A DNA stretch of 64,000 nt from an uncultured Bordetella sp. (GTDB taxonomy: Bacteria > Pseudomonadota > Gammaproteobacteria > Burkholderiales > SG8-41): contig CAZAOZ010000002.1 of NCBI GenBank assembly GCA_964486865.1, positions 98,352-162,351 of the forward strand, given 5' to 3'. Made by a program: the position numbers and the translations under genes. A model generated the notes under the pieces. The model did not search any database, was not told the origin of the DNA, and worked only from the letters and a program-made list of their open reading frames with translations. This document shows positions 10,648 through 20,986 of this stretch, one piece after another (the stretch's first letter is position 1; every line of letters begins with the position of its first letter).

Positions 10648-12505
10648 GTCCGAACAGGCCGCACCCGGTGCGGCACCGCCTGTCCAGTCCGCGTCGCCGG
10701 GAGCAAAGTGGCGGTCGCGTCTGGCGCGCATTCCGCGCCTGCCGCTGATCATTGCGGTTGCCGCCGCCCTGGTTGCGCTGCTCGGCTTCCTTTATGTCAA
10801 GAGCCAGGGCGTCGATTACAAGAGGCAGAGCGACATTCTGGGACACCTGCGCGAACTGAAAGAAATCGACGGGCGCTGGGATCTGGAAGTGCTGCGCGCC
10901 CGCACCGAAGGCACCTCCGGCAAAATCCGGCAGGTCGGCGACCGCGGCGCCCGTGTTCCCGACCTGCTGCGCCGGCTGCGCCAGGATTCCGCGGACATGA
11001 ACAGCGAAATCCTTACCCGCAGCCTGCCCGCCCTGATCACCGCATTTGACCAGAAACTGGAATTGCTGAATCGCTACCGCGCCGCCAGCGGCACCGTCAC
11101 GCAGGCGCTGGGGCGCATGATCGAGTTCGACACGGAAATCGCCGGACTGGTGCGCGGCGCCTGGCAAAGCTTTCCGCAGCGCGAGCGGCTGGTGGCGGTC
11201 GAAAGCACCGCGGCCCTGCTGTTTGCGCACGTGATGCGTTATGCGACGGATCCTTCGGAAGCGCAGCGCAAAAATGTCGAAATGTTTGTGGCCGATCTGC
11301 GCAAAGCCGCCAACGGCCTGCCGGTGGCGCTGCGTGAAGGCGTCGCCCGCGTCGACACCACCGTGCAGCAGGTTCTCGGCGCCAAACCCGTCGAAGAAGA
11401 ACTGTTCCTGAAAATCGTCATCGCCTCGGCGGGGCCCCGCATCGACAGCCTGACCGACGCCTTCACCCAGGAGTCGGCCGACGCGCAATCCGATGGCGAA
11501 CGTTATCGCATCTATCTGATCGCGTACGCCGCGGCATTGCTGATCCTGACCGGCTACCTGCTGTCGCGGCTTGCCGTCAGCTACCGGCTGCTGGAATCGC
11601 GCGTGGAGGAACGCACCCGCGACCTGTCAAACGCGCTGCGCCAGCTGAAGGAGTCGGAGTCACAGTTGATCCAGACCGAGAAGATGTCGTCGCTCGGGCA
11701 AATGGTGGCGGGCATCGCGCATGAAATCAATACGCCGCTGGCGTATGTCAAGAACAGCCTCGGCTCGGTCGTCGGCAAGCTGCCGGACTTCAAGGAGCTG
11801 ATTGTGCAGACCAACAAGCTGCTGCAGGTGCTGGAAGAAGGCGCGCCGGATCCGCGGCGCCTGCAGGAAAAGTTCACTGCCGTGCGCGCACTGGTTCACC
11901 GCTTCGCGGAACAGCAGGCGCTCGCCGAACTCGGGCAGCTGGCGAAAGACGGGCTTTACGGTATCGAGCAGATTTCGGAAATCGTGCTTAATCTGAAAAA
12001 CTTCAGCCGGCTCGATCGCAGCAAAGTGTCGACCTTCAATCTCAACGAAGGACTGGAAAGCACACTGGTGCTGGCCAAACACGAACTGAAACACCTTACG
12101 GTAAAAAAAATGTTCGGCGATATTCCGCCCATCACCTGCTCCCCTTCGCAACTGAACCAGGTTTTCCTCAATCTGATCAATAATGCAGCGCAGGCCATTG
12201 AGACCGGCTCCGGCGAAATCACTCTGACCACCCGCACGGAAGGCGCCGATCACGTCGCTGTCGAGATCGCCGATAACGGCAAGGGCATACCGCCTGATGT
12301 CATGCCGAAGATTTTCGACCCTTTTTTCACCACCAAGGCCGTCGGCAAGGGCACGGGGCTGGGGCTGTCGATTTCCTACAAGATCATCGAGCAGCATGGC
12401 GGCAGGATCAGTGTTGATTCCACGGTGGGACAGGGCACACGCTTCACGATCGTGCTGCCCGTGACGCCGCCGCCAACCATGGCCGGACTGGACGAGCAGA
12501 CATGA
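10628..12505 (+). CDS. Membrane sensor histidine kinase with a large helical periplasmic sensor region
   Basis: Two TM segments ([20 protein letters not shown] and [19 protein letters not shown]) bracket about 250 aa. H-box [15 protein letters not shown]-box [10 protein letters not shown]1 DNGKGI, G2 GKGTGLGLS. The start overlaps the livF 3' end by 20 nt. Confidence 0.85.
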   Translation: MRILENRSEQAAPGAAPPVQSASPGAKWRSRLARIPRLPLIIAVAAALVALLGFLYVKSQGVDYKRQSDILGHLRELKEIDGRWDLEVLRARTEGTSGKIRQVGDRGARVPDLLRRLRQDSADMNSEILTRSLPALITAFDQKLELLNRYRAASGTVTQALGRMIEFDTEIAGLVRGAWQSFPQRERLVAVESTAALLFAHVMRYATDPSEAQRKNVEMFVADLRKAANGLPVALREGVARVDTTVQQVLGAKPVEEELFLKIVIASAGPRIDSLTDAFTQESADAQSDGERYRIYLIAYAAALLILTGYLLSRLAVSYRLLESRVEERTRDLSNALRQLKESESQLIQTEKMSSLGQMVAGIAHEINTPLAYVKNSLGSVVGKLPDFKELIVQTNKLLQVLEEGAPDPRRLQEKFTAVRALVHRFAEQQALAELGQLAKDGLYGIEQISEIVLNLKNFSRLDRSKVSTFNLNEGLESTLVLAKHELKHLTVKKMFGDIPPITCSPSQLNQVFLNLINNAAQAIETGSGEITLTTRTEGADHVAVEIADNGKGIPPDVMPKIFDPFFTTKAVGKGTGLGLSISYKIIEQHGGRISVDSTVGQGTRFTIVLPVTPPPTMAGLDEQT

Positions 12506-14403
12506 CGGCCGGCTTTCCGAAAACCATCGGCAAGTACGAGGTGCAGGGCATACTCGGCCGTGGCGGCATGGGCGTCGTCTACAAGGCATTCGATCCGGCC
12601 ATCCATCGCCAGGTCGCCATCAAGACCATCACCAAATCCGCGATGGATCCCTCGGAGCTGCAGTACGCCATCGCCCGCTTCCGCCATGAAGCGCAGGCGG
12701 TGGGCCGGCTGACCCATCCGCGCATCGCCGCAATTTTTGACTACGGCGAAGACGAGAACATCGCCTACATCGTCATGGAACTGGTCAACGGCAAATCGCT
12801 GTACGAGCACCTGCAAAACAAGGCCAAATTCGATCTGGCCGAGATCGGGGAGATCGTGCGCCAGTTGCTCGACGGTCTCGGCTACGCGCACGCGCAGGGC
12901 GTCGTGCATCGCGACATCAAACCGTCAAACATCCTGATCAACGACGACGGCCGGATCAAAATCAGCGACTTCGGCATTGCGCACCTGGATTCGTCCTCCC
13001 TGACGCAGATCGGCGAGATCATGGGCTCGCCGGGTTACATGTCGCCGGAACAGTTCACCGGCGACGAACCCGACGCGCGATCCGACATCTACTCCGCGGG
13101 CGTCATTGCCTACGAACTGCTCGCCAGCCGCAAGCCGTTCATCGGCAGCAATGTCGAAATCATGCGCCAGGTGATCAGCGAGCGCCCGGTGAATCCGTCG
13201 AAATACAATCCGCAGATCTCGGCGCAACTCGACTGGGCCACCCACAAGGCGCTCGCCAAGAAGCGTGAAGACCGGTTTCAGACGGCCCGCGAATTCGCGC
13301 TGGCGTTCGTGCAGGGCATCAGCGCCAGTTTGCGCGCCAGCAAGAAAACGGCCGCCGAGGAGATGGCGGAGGCGCCGACACAACGTCTCGACTCCAAAAT
13401 TGTTTCGGCGGCCCGCATGCTGGCCGGGCTGCAGGCCGCCAAACCGGCGGCGGAATCCGCTGCCGCCCCGGTCGCACCGGCTTTTGACACCGGCGGCAAA
13501 AAAGCAAAATTGCTGTTCGTGGACGACGAGGAGCGCATTCTCAACGCATTGCGCTCGGTTTTCCGCGCCCAATACAACGTGTTCACAGCCAGCAGCGGCC
13601 CCGAAGCCATGGAGTTTCTGAAGCGCTTCCGCCCGCATGTAGTCATCAGCGACCAGCGCATGCCGGAGATGACCGGCGTCGAATTCCTGCGCCAGATCAA
13701 GGATATCGCGCCGCATACCGTGCGCATCCTGCTGACCGGCTATTCGGACCTCGCATCCATTGTCGGCTCGATCAATGACGGCGAGGTGTTCCGCTTCATC
13801 AGCAAACCCTGGGACAATACCGATATCCAGAAAACCATCAGCGAGGCGGCCGCCATTGCGCTGGAACTCGCCGACACCGCCACCGCGCCGGTGATCGTGC
13901 CGGAGAAAGTCGATTGGGGCATTCTGGTAATTGATCCAGGCCAGAGCGTGTTCCGTGCCGTGAACGAATTGATGGCCGGCGCCTGCCCGGTTTTCCATGC
14001 GCCCGACACTGATCGCGCGCTGACGCTGCTGGCGGAAAAGGAAATCGCCGTCATCATCGCCGAACTGCGCAGCGGCGACCAGAAATCAGTCGCCACCTTC
14101 AAGCTGCTGAAACAGGATCATCCGGAAATCCTCGCCATCGTCACGACAGAAGCATCGGACTCGGAACTGGTCATCGACCTGATCAACCAGGCGCAGGTGT
14201 TCCGCTTCCTGAACAAGCCGCTGAATCTCAAGCTGCTGGTGCAGCATATCCACGCCGCGCTTGCCCGGTATCAGTCTTTCCGCAAGTCACCCAAACTGCT
14301 GAAGCGGCATCGTGTGGCGGCAGCGCGCGCCGGCGACACATCGATACTTGACCAATTGCGCGAACGGATATCTTCCATACGGTCGTGGCTGGGCCGCGGC
14401 TGA
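12502..14403 (+). CDS. Hanks-type Ser/Thr protein kinase fused to a receiver and a pseudo-receiver domain
   Basis: Kinase motifs: GRGGMGVVYKA, VAIK, HRDIKPSNIL, DFGIA, SPGYMSPE. REC1: LLFVDDEE...VVISDQRMPEMTG...ISKPW. REC2: ILVIDPGQ...VIIAELRSGD...LNKPL, which lacks the acceptor Asp. The ATG overlaps the kinase gene stop (ATGA). Confidence 0.85.
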   Translation: MTAGFPKTIGKYEVQGILGRGGMGVVYKAFDPAIHRQVAIKTITKSAMDPSELQYAIARFRHEAQAVGRLTHPRIAAIFDYGEDENIAYIVMELVNGKSLYEHLQNKAKFDLAEIGEIVRQLLDGLGYAHAQGVVHRDIKPSNILINDDGRIKISDFGIAHLDSSSLTQIGEIMGSPGYMSPEQFTGDEPDARSDIYSAGVIAYELLASRKPFIGSNVEIMRQVISERPVNPSKYNPQISAQLDWATHKALAKKREDRFQTAREFALAFVQGISASLRASKKTAAEEMAEAPTQRLDSKIVSAARMLAGLQAAKPAAESAAAPVAPAFDTGGKKAKLLFVDDEERILNALRSVFRAQYNVFTASSGPEAMEFLKRFRPHVVISDQRMPEMTGVEFLRQIKDIAPHTVRILLTGYSDLASIVGSINDGEVFRFISKPWDNTDIQKTISEAAAIALELADTATAPVIVPEKVDWGILVIDPGQSVFRAVNELMAGACPVFHAPDTDRALTLLAEKEIAVIIAELRSGDQKSVATFKLLKQDHPEILAIVTTEASDSELVIDLINQAQVFRFLNKPLNLKLLVQHIHAALARYQSFRKSPKLLKRHRVAAARAGDTSILDQLRERISSIRSWLGRG

Positions 14404-14411
14404 TAGCGCGG

Positions 14412-15308
14412 TCAAAGCCAGTCGCGGGCGACCAGAAAATCCGTGTAAAGCTTCGCTTCCGGCGTGCCGGGCTGCGGCTGCCAGTCGTAGCGCCAGTGCA
14501 CGATGGGCGGCAGCGACATCAGGATCGACTCGGTGCGCCCGCCCGACTGCAGTCCGAACAGCGTGCCGCGGTCATACACCAGATTGAATTCAACGTAGCG
14601 GCCGCGCCGATAGGCCTGGAAATCCCGCTCGCGTTCGCCATAGGGTAACGCACGGCGGCGCTCCACCAGCGGCACATAGGCCGGCAGGAAATGCTCGCCG
14701 ACGCTGCGGGTCAGCGCAAAACAGGTGGCAAAGTCCGGTGCGCTGAGATCGTCGAAAAAAATGCCGCCCACGCCGCGCGGCTCGGCGCGATGCCTGAGAT
14801 GGAAATACCGGTCGCACCACGCCTTGAACCGCGGATGATGGTCGGTGCCGAACGGCGCCAGCGCATCCCGGCAGGTGCGATGGAAATGCGTCGCGTCTTC
14901 CTCGAATCCGTAATACGGCGTCAGATCCATGCCGCCGCCGAACCACCACACCGGCGCAACGCCGGGTTTTTCGGCCACGAAACAGCGCACATTCATGTGC
15001 ACTGTCGGCACGTACGGATTGCGCGGATGCAGCACCAACGACACGCCCAGCGCCTGGAATGAACGTCCGGCGAGTTCCGGCCGCGCAGCGGACGCGGATG
15101 GTGGCAGATTGTCGCCGAACACATGCGAAAACCCGACACCGCCGCGCTCGAACAGCGCACCACCCTCGATCAGGCGGGTGATGCCGCCGCCGCCCTGCGG
15201 ACGCTCCCAGGCATCGCGCAGAAATGATCCGCCGTCGAGCGCGGCCAGGCGGGCGACGATGGTGTCCTGCAAACCGGTCAACCAGGTTTTGACTGCGGTG
15301 ACGTCCAT
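14412..15308 (-). CDS. hemF: Oxygen-dependent coproporphyrinogen III oxidase
   Basis: Full-length match in character to HemF ([25 protein letters not shown]...[13 protein letters not shown]...[22 protein letters not shown]). Confidence 0.9.
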   Translation of the reverse strand: MDVTAVKTWLTGLQDTIVARLAALDGGSFLRDAWERPQGGGGITRLIEGGALFERGGVGFSHVFGDNLPPSASAARPELAGRSFQALGVSLVLHPRNPYVPTVHMNVRCFVAEKPGVAPVWWFGGGMDLTPYYGFEEDATHFHRTCRDALAPFGTDHHPRFKAWCDRYFHLRHRAEPRGVGGIFFDDLSAPDFATCFALTRSVGEHFLPAYVPLVERRRALPYGERERDFQAYRRGRYVEFNLVYDRGTLFGLQSGGRTESILMSLPPIVHWRYDWQPQPGTPEAKLYTDFLVARDWL

Positions 15309-15338
15309 CAGGTGCTCCGCTGCGCGCGGCGGCGCATA

Positions 15339-16616
15339 TTATTTGCGCCCTGCAGCGACGGCGCGATGGCCGATGTCGTGACGATACTGCATGCCGTCAA
15401 AGCGGATCTGTTCGGCCACCTCGTACGCCCTGCGCTGCGCCATGCGTGTATTGTGCCCCAGCGCCGTGACGCACAACACGCGACCGCCGCTGGTAATCAC
15501 CTCCTTGCCTGACAGGACAGCGCCGGCATGGAACACGTGATAATCCTCGCCCGGCGCCGGCAGTCCGCGGATGACATCGCCTTTGCGCGGATCGTCCGGA
15601 TAGCCGGCGGCAGCCAGCACGACGCCGAGCGCCACCCGCGGATCCCAGTCGGCCTGCGCCTCGTCCAGCTTGCCGTCGAGCGCCGCCTCCAGCAGCGGCA
15701 CCAGATCGCTTTTCAGCCGCATCATGATGGGCTGCGTTTCCGGATCGCCCATGCGGCAGTTGAATTCCAGCACCTTGAGTTCTCCGTTCGCGCCGATCAT
15801 CAGACCGGCGTAGAGAAACCCGGTGTACGGCAGGCCGTCCGCCGCCATGCCGTTCAACGTCGGCTGGATCACTTCGCGCATCACGCGCGCGTGAATCTCC
15901 GGGGTCACTACCGGCGCCGGTGAATAAGCGCCCATGCCGCCGGTATTGGGACCGCGGTCGCCATCCTGCAGGCGCTTGTGATCCTGGCTGCTGGCGAGCG
16001 CCAGCGCATTGCGACCGTCGGCGAGCACAATGAAGCTTGCTTCCTCGCCCTCGAGAAATTCCTCGATGACCACGCGCGCACCCGCCGCGCCCATTTTGTT
16101 GCCGATGAGCATCATATCGACCGCGGCGTGCGCCTCGGCAGCCGCCATGGCCACCACCACGCCTTTGCCCGCGGCCAGCCCATCGGCCTTGATGACTATG
16201 GGTGCGCCCTGTTTGTCGATGTACGCATGCGCCGCGGCAGCATCGGTGAATGTTGCATGGGCCGCAGTGGGGATGCCGTGCCGCGCCATGAAACTCTTGG
16301 CAAAATCCTTGGAGCTTTCGAGCTGCGCTGCTTTTTGCGTCGGGCCGAAAATGCGCCGGCCGGCAGCCTGCACGGCATCGACCACACCCGCGGCGAGCGG
16401 CGCCTCGGGTCCCACCACCGTCAGGGCGATGTCATTTTTTATAATAAAATCAATTGCTTGCTGATTTCCGTCGAGTACAACGTTCTGCAATCCGTCCTCG
16501 CGCGCGGTGCCGGAATTGCCGGGCGCGACGTATACCTTGGACACCCGCGACGACTGGGCGAGTTTCCAGGCCAGCGCGTGCTCGCGGCCACCGCCGCCGA
16601 TGACGAGGATTTTCAT
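15339..16616 (-). CDS. purD: Phosphoribosylamine--glycine ligase
   Basis: MKILVIGGGGREHALAWKLAQS...VIKADGLAAGKGVVVA...RFGDPETQ-type motif (RMGDPETQ). Confidence 0.95.
   Translation of the reverse strand: MKILVIGGGGREHALAWKLAQSSRVSKVYVAPGNSGTAREDGLQNVVLDGNQQAIDFIIKNDIALTVVGPEAPLAAGVVDAVQAAGRRIFGPTQKAAQLESSKDFAKSFMARHGIPTAAHATFTDAAAAHAYIDKQGAPIVIKADGLAAGKGVVVAMAAAEAHAAVDMMLIGNKMGAAGARVVIEEFLEGEEASFIVLADGRNALALASSQDHKRLQDGDRGPNTGGMGAYSPAPVVTPEIHARVMREVIQPTLNGMAADGLPYTGFLYAGLMIGANGELKVLEFNCRMGDPETQPIMMRLKSDLVPLLEAALDGKLDEAQADWDPRVALGVVLAAAGYPDDPRKGDVIRGLPAPGEDYHVFHAGAVLSGKEVITSGGRVLCVTALGHNTRMAQRRAYEVAEQIRFDGMQYRHDIGHRAVAAGRK
16433..16460 (+). promoter_or_regulatory. AT-rich IHF-site-like motif copy inside purD (antisense to the gene)
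   Basis: CATTTTTTATAATAAAATCAATTGCTTG. AATAAAATCAATTG matches copy a (AATAAAAACAATTG) at 13 of 14 positions, and AATCAA-TTGC-TTG fits WATCAA-N4-TTR exactly. It is encoded with the A/T-ending codons ATT GAT TTT ATT ATA AAA AAT. Confidence 0.3.
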
Positions 16617-16631
16617 TCAGGAATGCGTAAT

Positions 16632-16734
16632 GGGTGATGGGTGATGGGTGATGGGAGGGCCCACCATGTCAAATCGGCCGCCGCGCTTTTTCCCTTCACC
16701 CTTCACTGTTCACCCTTCACTGTTCACCCTTCAC
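16632..16734. repeat. Heptamer-armed palindromic element between purH and purD
   Basis: Left arm (GGGTGAT)x3 at 16632-16652. Right arm is six tandem 7-mers, CCTTCAC/TGTTCAC, at 16693-16734. Read in register, the arms are near-complementary (GGGTGAT against TTCACCC). Confidence 0.7.
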
Positions 16735-16738
16735 GTTT

Positions 16739-18301
16739 CTAGTGGCGGAAATGCCGAAACCCGGTGAACACCATCGCCATGCCGTGTTCATCGGCTGCGG
16801 CAATGACTTCTTCATCGCGCAGGCTGCCGCCGGGCTGGATGATCGATGTCGCGCCTGCCGCGGCAACCACATCGACGCCGTCGCGGAACGGAAAAAATGC
16901 ATCGGAAGCCACCACCGAGCCGGTCAGTTGCAGATTGGCGTTGCCTGCCTTGATCGACGCGATGCGCGCCGAATCGACACGGCTCATCTGGCCGGCGCCG
17001 ACACCGAGGGTCTGCCCGTTGCCGCAGAACACGATGGCGTTGGATTTGACGAACTTGGCGACGCGCCAGGCAAACACCAGGTCTGCCAGTTGCGCATCCG
17101 TCGGTTTGCGCCGGGTGACCACTTTGAGCTGTGCGGCGACTACATTCATGACGTCCGGCGTCTGCACCAGCATGCCGCCGCCGACGCGCTTGACATCGAA
17201 GACGTTGGCGCCCGGGGCAAGCGGCACTTCCAGCACGCGGATATTGCCCTTCGCGGCAAATACCGCCAGCGCTTCCGGTGCGACCTGCGGTGCAATCACC
17301 ACTTCGACAAACTGCCCGGCAATGGCCCGCGCCGCATGGGCGTCGAGCGCACGGTTGACGGCGATGATCCCGCCAAACGCGGAAGTCGGATCAGTGGCGA
17401 AGGCCTTGGCATAAGCCGCCGCCGGATCCGCGCCCACCGCGACGCTGCAGGGATTGGCGTGTTTGACGATCACGCAGGCCGGCACCTCGAATGTCTTGAC
17501 GCATTCCCACGCCGCATCGGCATCGGCGATGTTGTTGTACGACAGCTCCTTGCCCTGCAATTGCCGGTAGCCGGCGAGAGCGCCGGGCGCCGGCGCGGGA
17601 TCGCGGTAGAACGCCGCCGACTGGTGCGGATTTTCGCCGTAACGCAACGTCTGCACGCGGTCGAGTTGCAGATTGAGCCGCGCCGGAAAAACATCGCGCT
17701 TGCCGTCGGGCTGCAGCGCTGTCAGGTAATTGCTGATGGCGCCATCGTATGCCGCCGTATGCGAAAACGCCTTGCAGGCGAGACGGAAACGCGTCTCCGC
17801 CCCCACGGCTCCGCTCGCCGCGCCCATCTCCCGCAGCACGGCGGCGTAATCGGCCGGATCGGTGATGACCGCCACATGGTCATGATTTTTCGCCGCGCTG
17901 CGCACCATCGCCGGACCGCCGATATCGATATTCTCAATAGCCTCTTCGAGCGTGCAATCCGGGCGGGCGACCGTCTGCGCAAACGGGTAGAGATTCACCA
18001 CGAGGAGATCGATGCCGGGTATGCGTGCGGTGCGCATCGCCTCGGCGTGCGCGGGCAAGTCGCGCCGCCCGAGCAATCCGGCATGGATGCGCGGGTGCAG
18101 CGTTTTCACGCGCCCGTCGAGCATTTCCGGAAATCCGGTGTAATCCGCGACCTCGGTGACCGGCAGGCCGGCGTCACGCAGCAGTTTCGCGGTGCCGCCC
18201 GTCGATAACAGATTCACGCCGAATCCGGCGAGTCCGCGCGCAAACTCGACCACACCCGTCTTGTCGGAAACGCTGATCAGCGCTTGCTTGATGATGGCCA
18301 T
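16739..18301 (-). CDS. purH: Bifunctional AICAR transformylase / IMP cyclohydrolase
   Basis: [24 protein letters not shown]...GGTAKLL...[12 protein letters not shown]... is full-length PurH. Confidence 0.95.
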   Translation of the reverse strand: MAIIKQALISVSDKTGVVEFARGLAGFGVNLLSTGGTAKLLRDAGLPVTEVADYTGFPEMLDGRVKTLHPRIHAGLLGRRDLPAHAEAMRTARIPGIDLLVVNLYPFAQTVARPDCTLEEAIENIDIGGPAMVRSAAKNHDHVAVITDPADYAAVLREMGAASGAVGAETRFRLACKAFSHTAAYDGAISNYLTALQPDGKRDVFPARLNLQLDRVQTLRYGENPHQSAAFYRDPAPAPGALAGYRQLQGKELSYNNIADADAAWECVKTFEVPACVIVKHANPCSVAVGADPAAAYAKAFATDPTSAFGGIIAVNRALDAHAARAIAGQFVEVVIAPQVAPEALAVFAAKGNIRVLEVPLAPGANVFDVKRVGGGMLVQTPDVMNVVAAQLKVVTRRKPTDAQLADLVFAWRVAKFVKSNAIVFCGNGQTLGVGAGQMSRVDSARIASIKAGNANLQLTGSVVASDAFFPFRDGVDVVAAAGATSIIQPGGSLRDEEVIAAADEHGMAMVFTGFRHFRH

Positions 18302-18335
18302 GAAAACGGGGCGCGGAGCAGAGGAGTCGGGCGCT

Positions 18336-18575
18336 CTAGAATTTGATGTTGTAACTCTTGATCTTTTTGCGCAGGGTATTGCGGTTGATGCCCAGCATGG
18401 CTGCGGCGTGCGACTGGTTGCCGCTCACCTTGTGCAGAACGGATTCCAGCAGCGGTTTTTCCACGCTGCCGATGACCATATCATAGACGCCGCTGGCCTT
18501 CTCCCCGTCCAGATCACGGAAGTAGCCGTCGATTGCCCGGCGCACGACGCGGGCCATTTCGGTTTCATTCATCAT
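18336..18575 (-). CDS. fis: Fis family DNA-binding protein
   Basis: ORF 18336..18887 trimmed to ATG 18575 (79 aa). The C-terminal HTH is [24 protein letters not shown]. The start overlaps the dusB stop (ATGA), the classical dusB-fis arrangement. Confidence 0.9.
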   Translation of the reverse strand: MMNETEMARVVRRAIDGYFRDLDGEKASGVYDMVIGSVEKPLLESVLHKVSGNQSHAAAMLGINRNTLRKKIKSYNIKF

Positions 18576-19579
18576 GCCGCAAGTTCCTCCACATAGGTCA
18601 GGCGTTCGCCCAGCCCCGATAGCGCAACAAAAAATTGATTGACGGCCGCCAACTGCCCGGCACAAGTCTGCAACTGGTTCATCGCGTGACGAAACGCCGC
18701 GGATCCCGCCAGCCCCCTGGTGTACCAGGAGATATGCTTGCGCGCGACACGCACGCCGGTGTGTTCGCCATAAAACCCGTGCAGGTCGTGCAGATGCGCA
18801 ACCAGCACGCGGTGGATTTCCTCGACCGCCGGCGGCGGCAGATGCGCACCGGTCGCCAGAAAATAACTGATCTCGCGGAACATCCACGGCCGCCCCTGCG
18901 CGGCGCGGCCGATCATCACCGCATCGGCCTTGGTGTATTCCAGCACGTGCTTGACGCGCTCGGGCGTGGTGATGTCGCCGTTGGCAATCACCGGAATGCG
19001 GATCTCGGCCTTGACCGCGGCAATCGTGTCGTACTCGGCTTCACCGGTGTAGGCGCAGGCGCGGGTGCGGCCGTGGATCGCCAGCGCCTGGATGCCCGCG
19101 CTCTCGGCGATACGCGCGACGGTGCGGGCGTTGCGATGGTCGCGATCCCAGCCGGTGCGTATTTTCAGCGTGACGGGCACATGGACCGCCCCCACCACGG
19201 CGTCGAGTATGCGGCCGACCAGCGACTCGTCTTTCAGCAGCGCCGATCCGGCCATCACGTTGCACACCTTCTTGGCCGGACAGCCCATGTTGATGTCTAT
19301 GATCTGCGCGCCCTGATCGACGTTGTATCGCGCCGCGTCGGCAAGCATCTGCGGATCGGCGCCGGCGATCTGCACCGAGATCGGATCGACTTCGCCCTCA
19401 TGGTTGGCGCGGCGCAGTGTTTTTGCCGAACCCCACAGCAGCGAATTGCTCGATACCATCTCCGACACGGCCATGCCCGCACCCATCATCTTGCACAACT
19501 GGCGGAACGGACGATCGGTCACGCCCGCCATCGGTGCGACGATGAGGTTGTTCTTGAGTTGATAGGGGCCGATGCGCAT
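18572..19579 (-). CDS. dusB: tRNA-dihydrouridine synthase B
   Basis: Trimmed to ATG 19579 (MRIGPYQLKNNLIVAPMAGVTDRPFRQLC...), which aligns with the known DusB N-terminus. The upstream ATG 19645 remains an alternative. Confidence 0.9.
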   Translation of the reverse strand: MRIGPYQLKNNLIVAPMAGVTDRPFRQLCKMMGAGMAVSEMVSSNSLLWGSAKTLRRANHEGEVDPISVQIAGADPQMLADAARYNVDQGAQIIDINMGCPAKKVCNVMAGSALLKDESLVGRILDAVVGAVHVPVTLKIRTGWDRDHRNARTVARIAESAGIQALAIHGRTRACAYTGEAEYDTIAAVKAEIRIPVIANGDITTPERVKHVLEYTKADAVMIGRAAQGRPWMFREISYFLATGAHLPPPAVEEIHRVLVAHLHDLHGFYGEHTGVRVARKHISWYTRGLAGSAAFRHAMNQLQTCAGQLAAVNQFFVALSGLGERLTYVEELAA

Positions 19580-19840
19580 CGGACTTGTTGCCGGTTTTTT
19601 GGTTTTGTGTGTGAGCAGGAAGGGCGCCATTGTAATCACACTCACTCCCGGTGCAAAGGGAAATGTGCCCGTTTTTTAATCAGCCGTCGCAGCCGCGCAA
19701 CGACGCGCGCGGCCGGATTGATTCAATAATCGTAAAAGAGCTGTGGATCAACAGGTTTACTGCGCATTGCTCGAACGCAACGTGCAGATTCCGCGACAAC
19801 CTGCGGCGCAGCAACGATTCGCCGGAAGATCCGCAGGAAT

Positions 19841-20986
19841 TCAGCCGCGTGCGCCGAAAGTCATCCGCCGCACCACAAAATTTTTCAGCGGCGGAATGCA
19901 GCCCAGCAAAGCAAGTCCCGTGCCGCGCGCCAGACGCAAGGGCAGCACGTCATTGGAAAACAATTGCACCAGCGAGTGCGTGAAGGCAACGCCGCCGCCG
20001 CGATCCACGCGGCGGCGTGCGCGATAAGCCGCCAGCGCCTCTGCCGTGCCGATGGTTGCGCGGTCCGCAATCGCCAACTGCTCACCCAGCTCCCAGGCGT
20101 CCCGCAAGCCGAGATTGAAGCCCTGCCCGGCAACGGGATGCAGCGACTGCGCGGCATTGCCGATGCGCGCCACATGATCCTGCACCGGCCGGCGCGTACG
20201 CCGCAGCCGCAGCGGATAACGCGCCCGCGCGGTCACTGCCGTAAATGCGCCGGCCCGCGAACCGAATTCGGCGCGCAAGGCATCCAGAAACTGCGCGGGC
20301 TCCGCGCTGCACAGTGCATCGGCGCGCGCCGGGGTGGTCGTCCAGACCAGCGCCCAGTCCTTGCCGTCCGGCAACAGCGCCAGCGGGCCATGCTGCGTAA
20401 AACGCTCATAGGCCACATTATTATGCGGGCGCTCACTCACCACGCGCGCCGTGACTGCGCACTGGTCGTAATCCAGCTGCTGCGCATCACCGTCGTCCGC
20501 CGCACCACCGTCAGCAACCACCACCAGTTGTGCGGTCATCGTGTGCGACGCGCCGTCAATGACATATTCGACGCGCGCCGGAGCGCCGGCCTGCCATGCC
20601 GTCACCCGCGCACCGCTGCGGCATTGCACGGCAGTCGCCGCCGCCGCGGTCGCCAGCGCCCGGGCCAGACGGCCGTAATCAATGACATAGCCGAGATCGG
20701 CCATGCCGGCTTCGTCGGCATCCAGTTCCGCCCGCCCGAATCCTCCGCGCTGCGACACATGGATGCGCCGGATCGGCGTGACCAACCCGGCAAGTTCCGG
20801 CCACAGACCGAGACGTTCGAGGATCAGACGACTACCGTACGACAGCGCCAGCGGACGCGCATCGCCGGCCGCCGCCGGGCGCGCTTCCAGCAGCACCATC
20901 TGCAATCCGCTGTCGCGCAAGGCCAGCGCCAGGGCGCTGCCGACCGGGCCGCCGCCGATGACCACCACGTCAGCATGCTCAGTCAC
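19841..20986 (-). CDS. ubiH: FAD-dependent ubiquinone-biosynthesis hydroxylase (UbiH/UbiF/VisC/COQ6 family)
   Basis: VVVIGGGPVGSALALAL dinucleotide fold and the GNAAQSLHPVAGQGFNLGLRD motif. It sits directly downstream of pepP and overlaps it, as in the pepP-ubiH operon. Confidence 0.8.
   Translation of the reverse strand: MTEHADVVVIGGGPVGSALALALRDSGLQMVLLEARPAAAGDARPLALSYGSRLILERLGLWPELAGLVTPIRRIHVSQRGGFGRAELDADEAGMADLGYVIDYGRLARALATAAAATAVQCRSGARVTAWQAGAPARVEYVIDGASHTMTAQLVVVADGGAADDGDAQQLDYDQCAVTARVVSERPHNNVAYERFTQHGPLALLPDGKDWALVWTTTPARADALCSAEPAQFLDALRAEFGSRAGAFTAVTARARYPLRLRRTRRPVQDHVARIGNAAQSLHPVAGQGFNLGLRDAWELGEQLAIADRATIGTAEALAAYRARRRVDRGGGVAFTHSLVQLFSNDVLPLRLARGTGLALLGCIPPLKNFVVRRMTFGARG

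Noticed and set aside
8968-10752. Very long antisense ORFs opposite well-supported genes, such as 8968..10752(-), 48919..51120(-), 7012..8169(-), 16742..18208(+) and 20703..22361(+).
   Set aside because: Their translations are Arg/Ala/Gly/Pro-rich low-complexity strings with no recognisable motifs. They lie exactly opposite genes with clear family signatures, which is the usual stop-codon-poor antisense artefact of GC-rich DNA.
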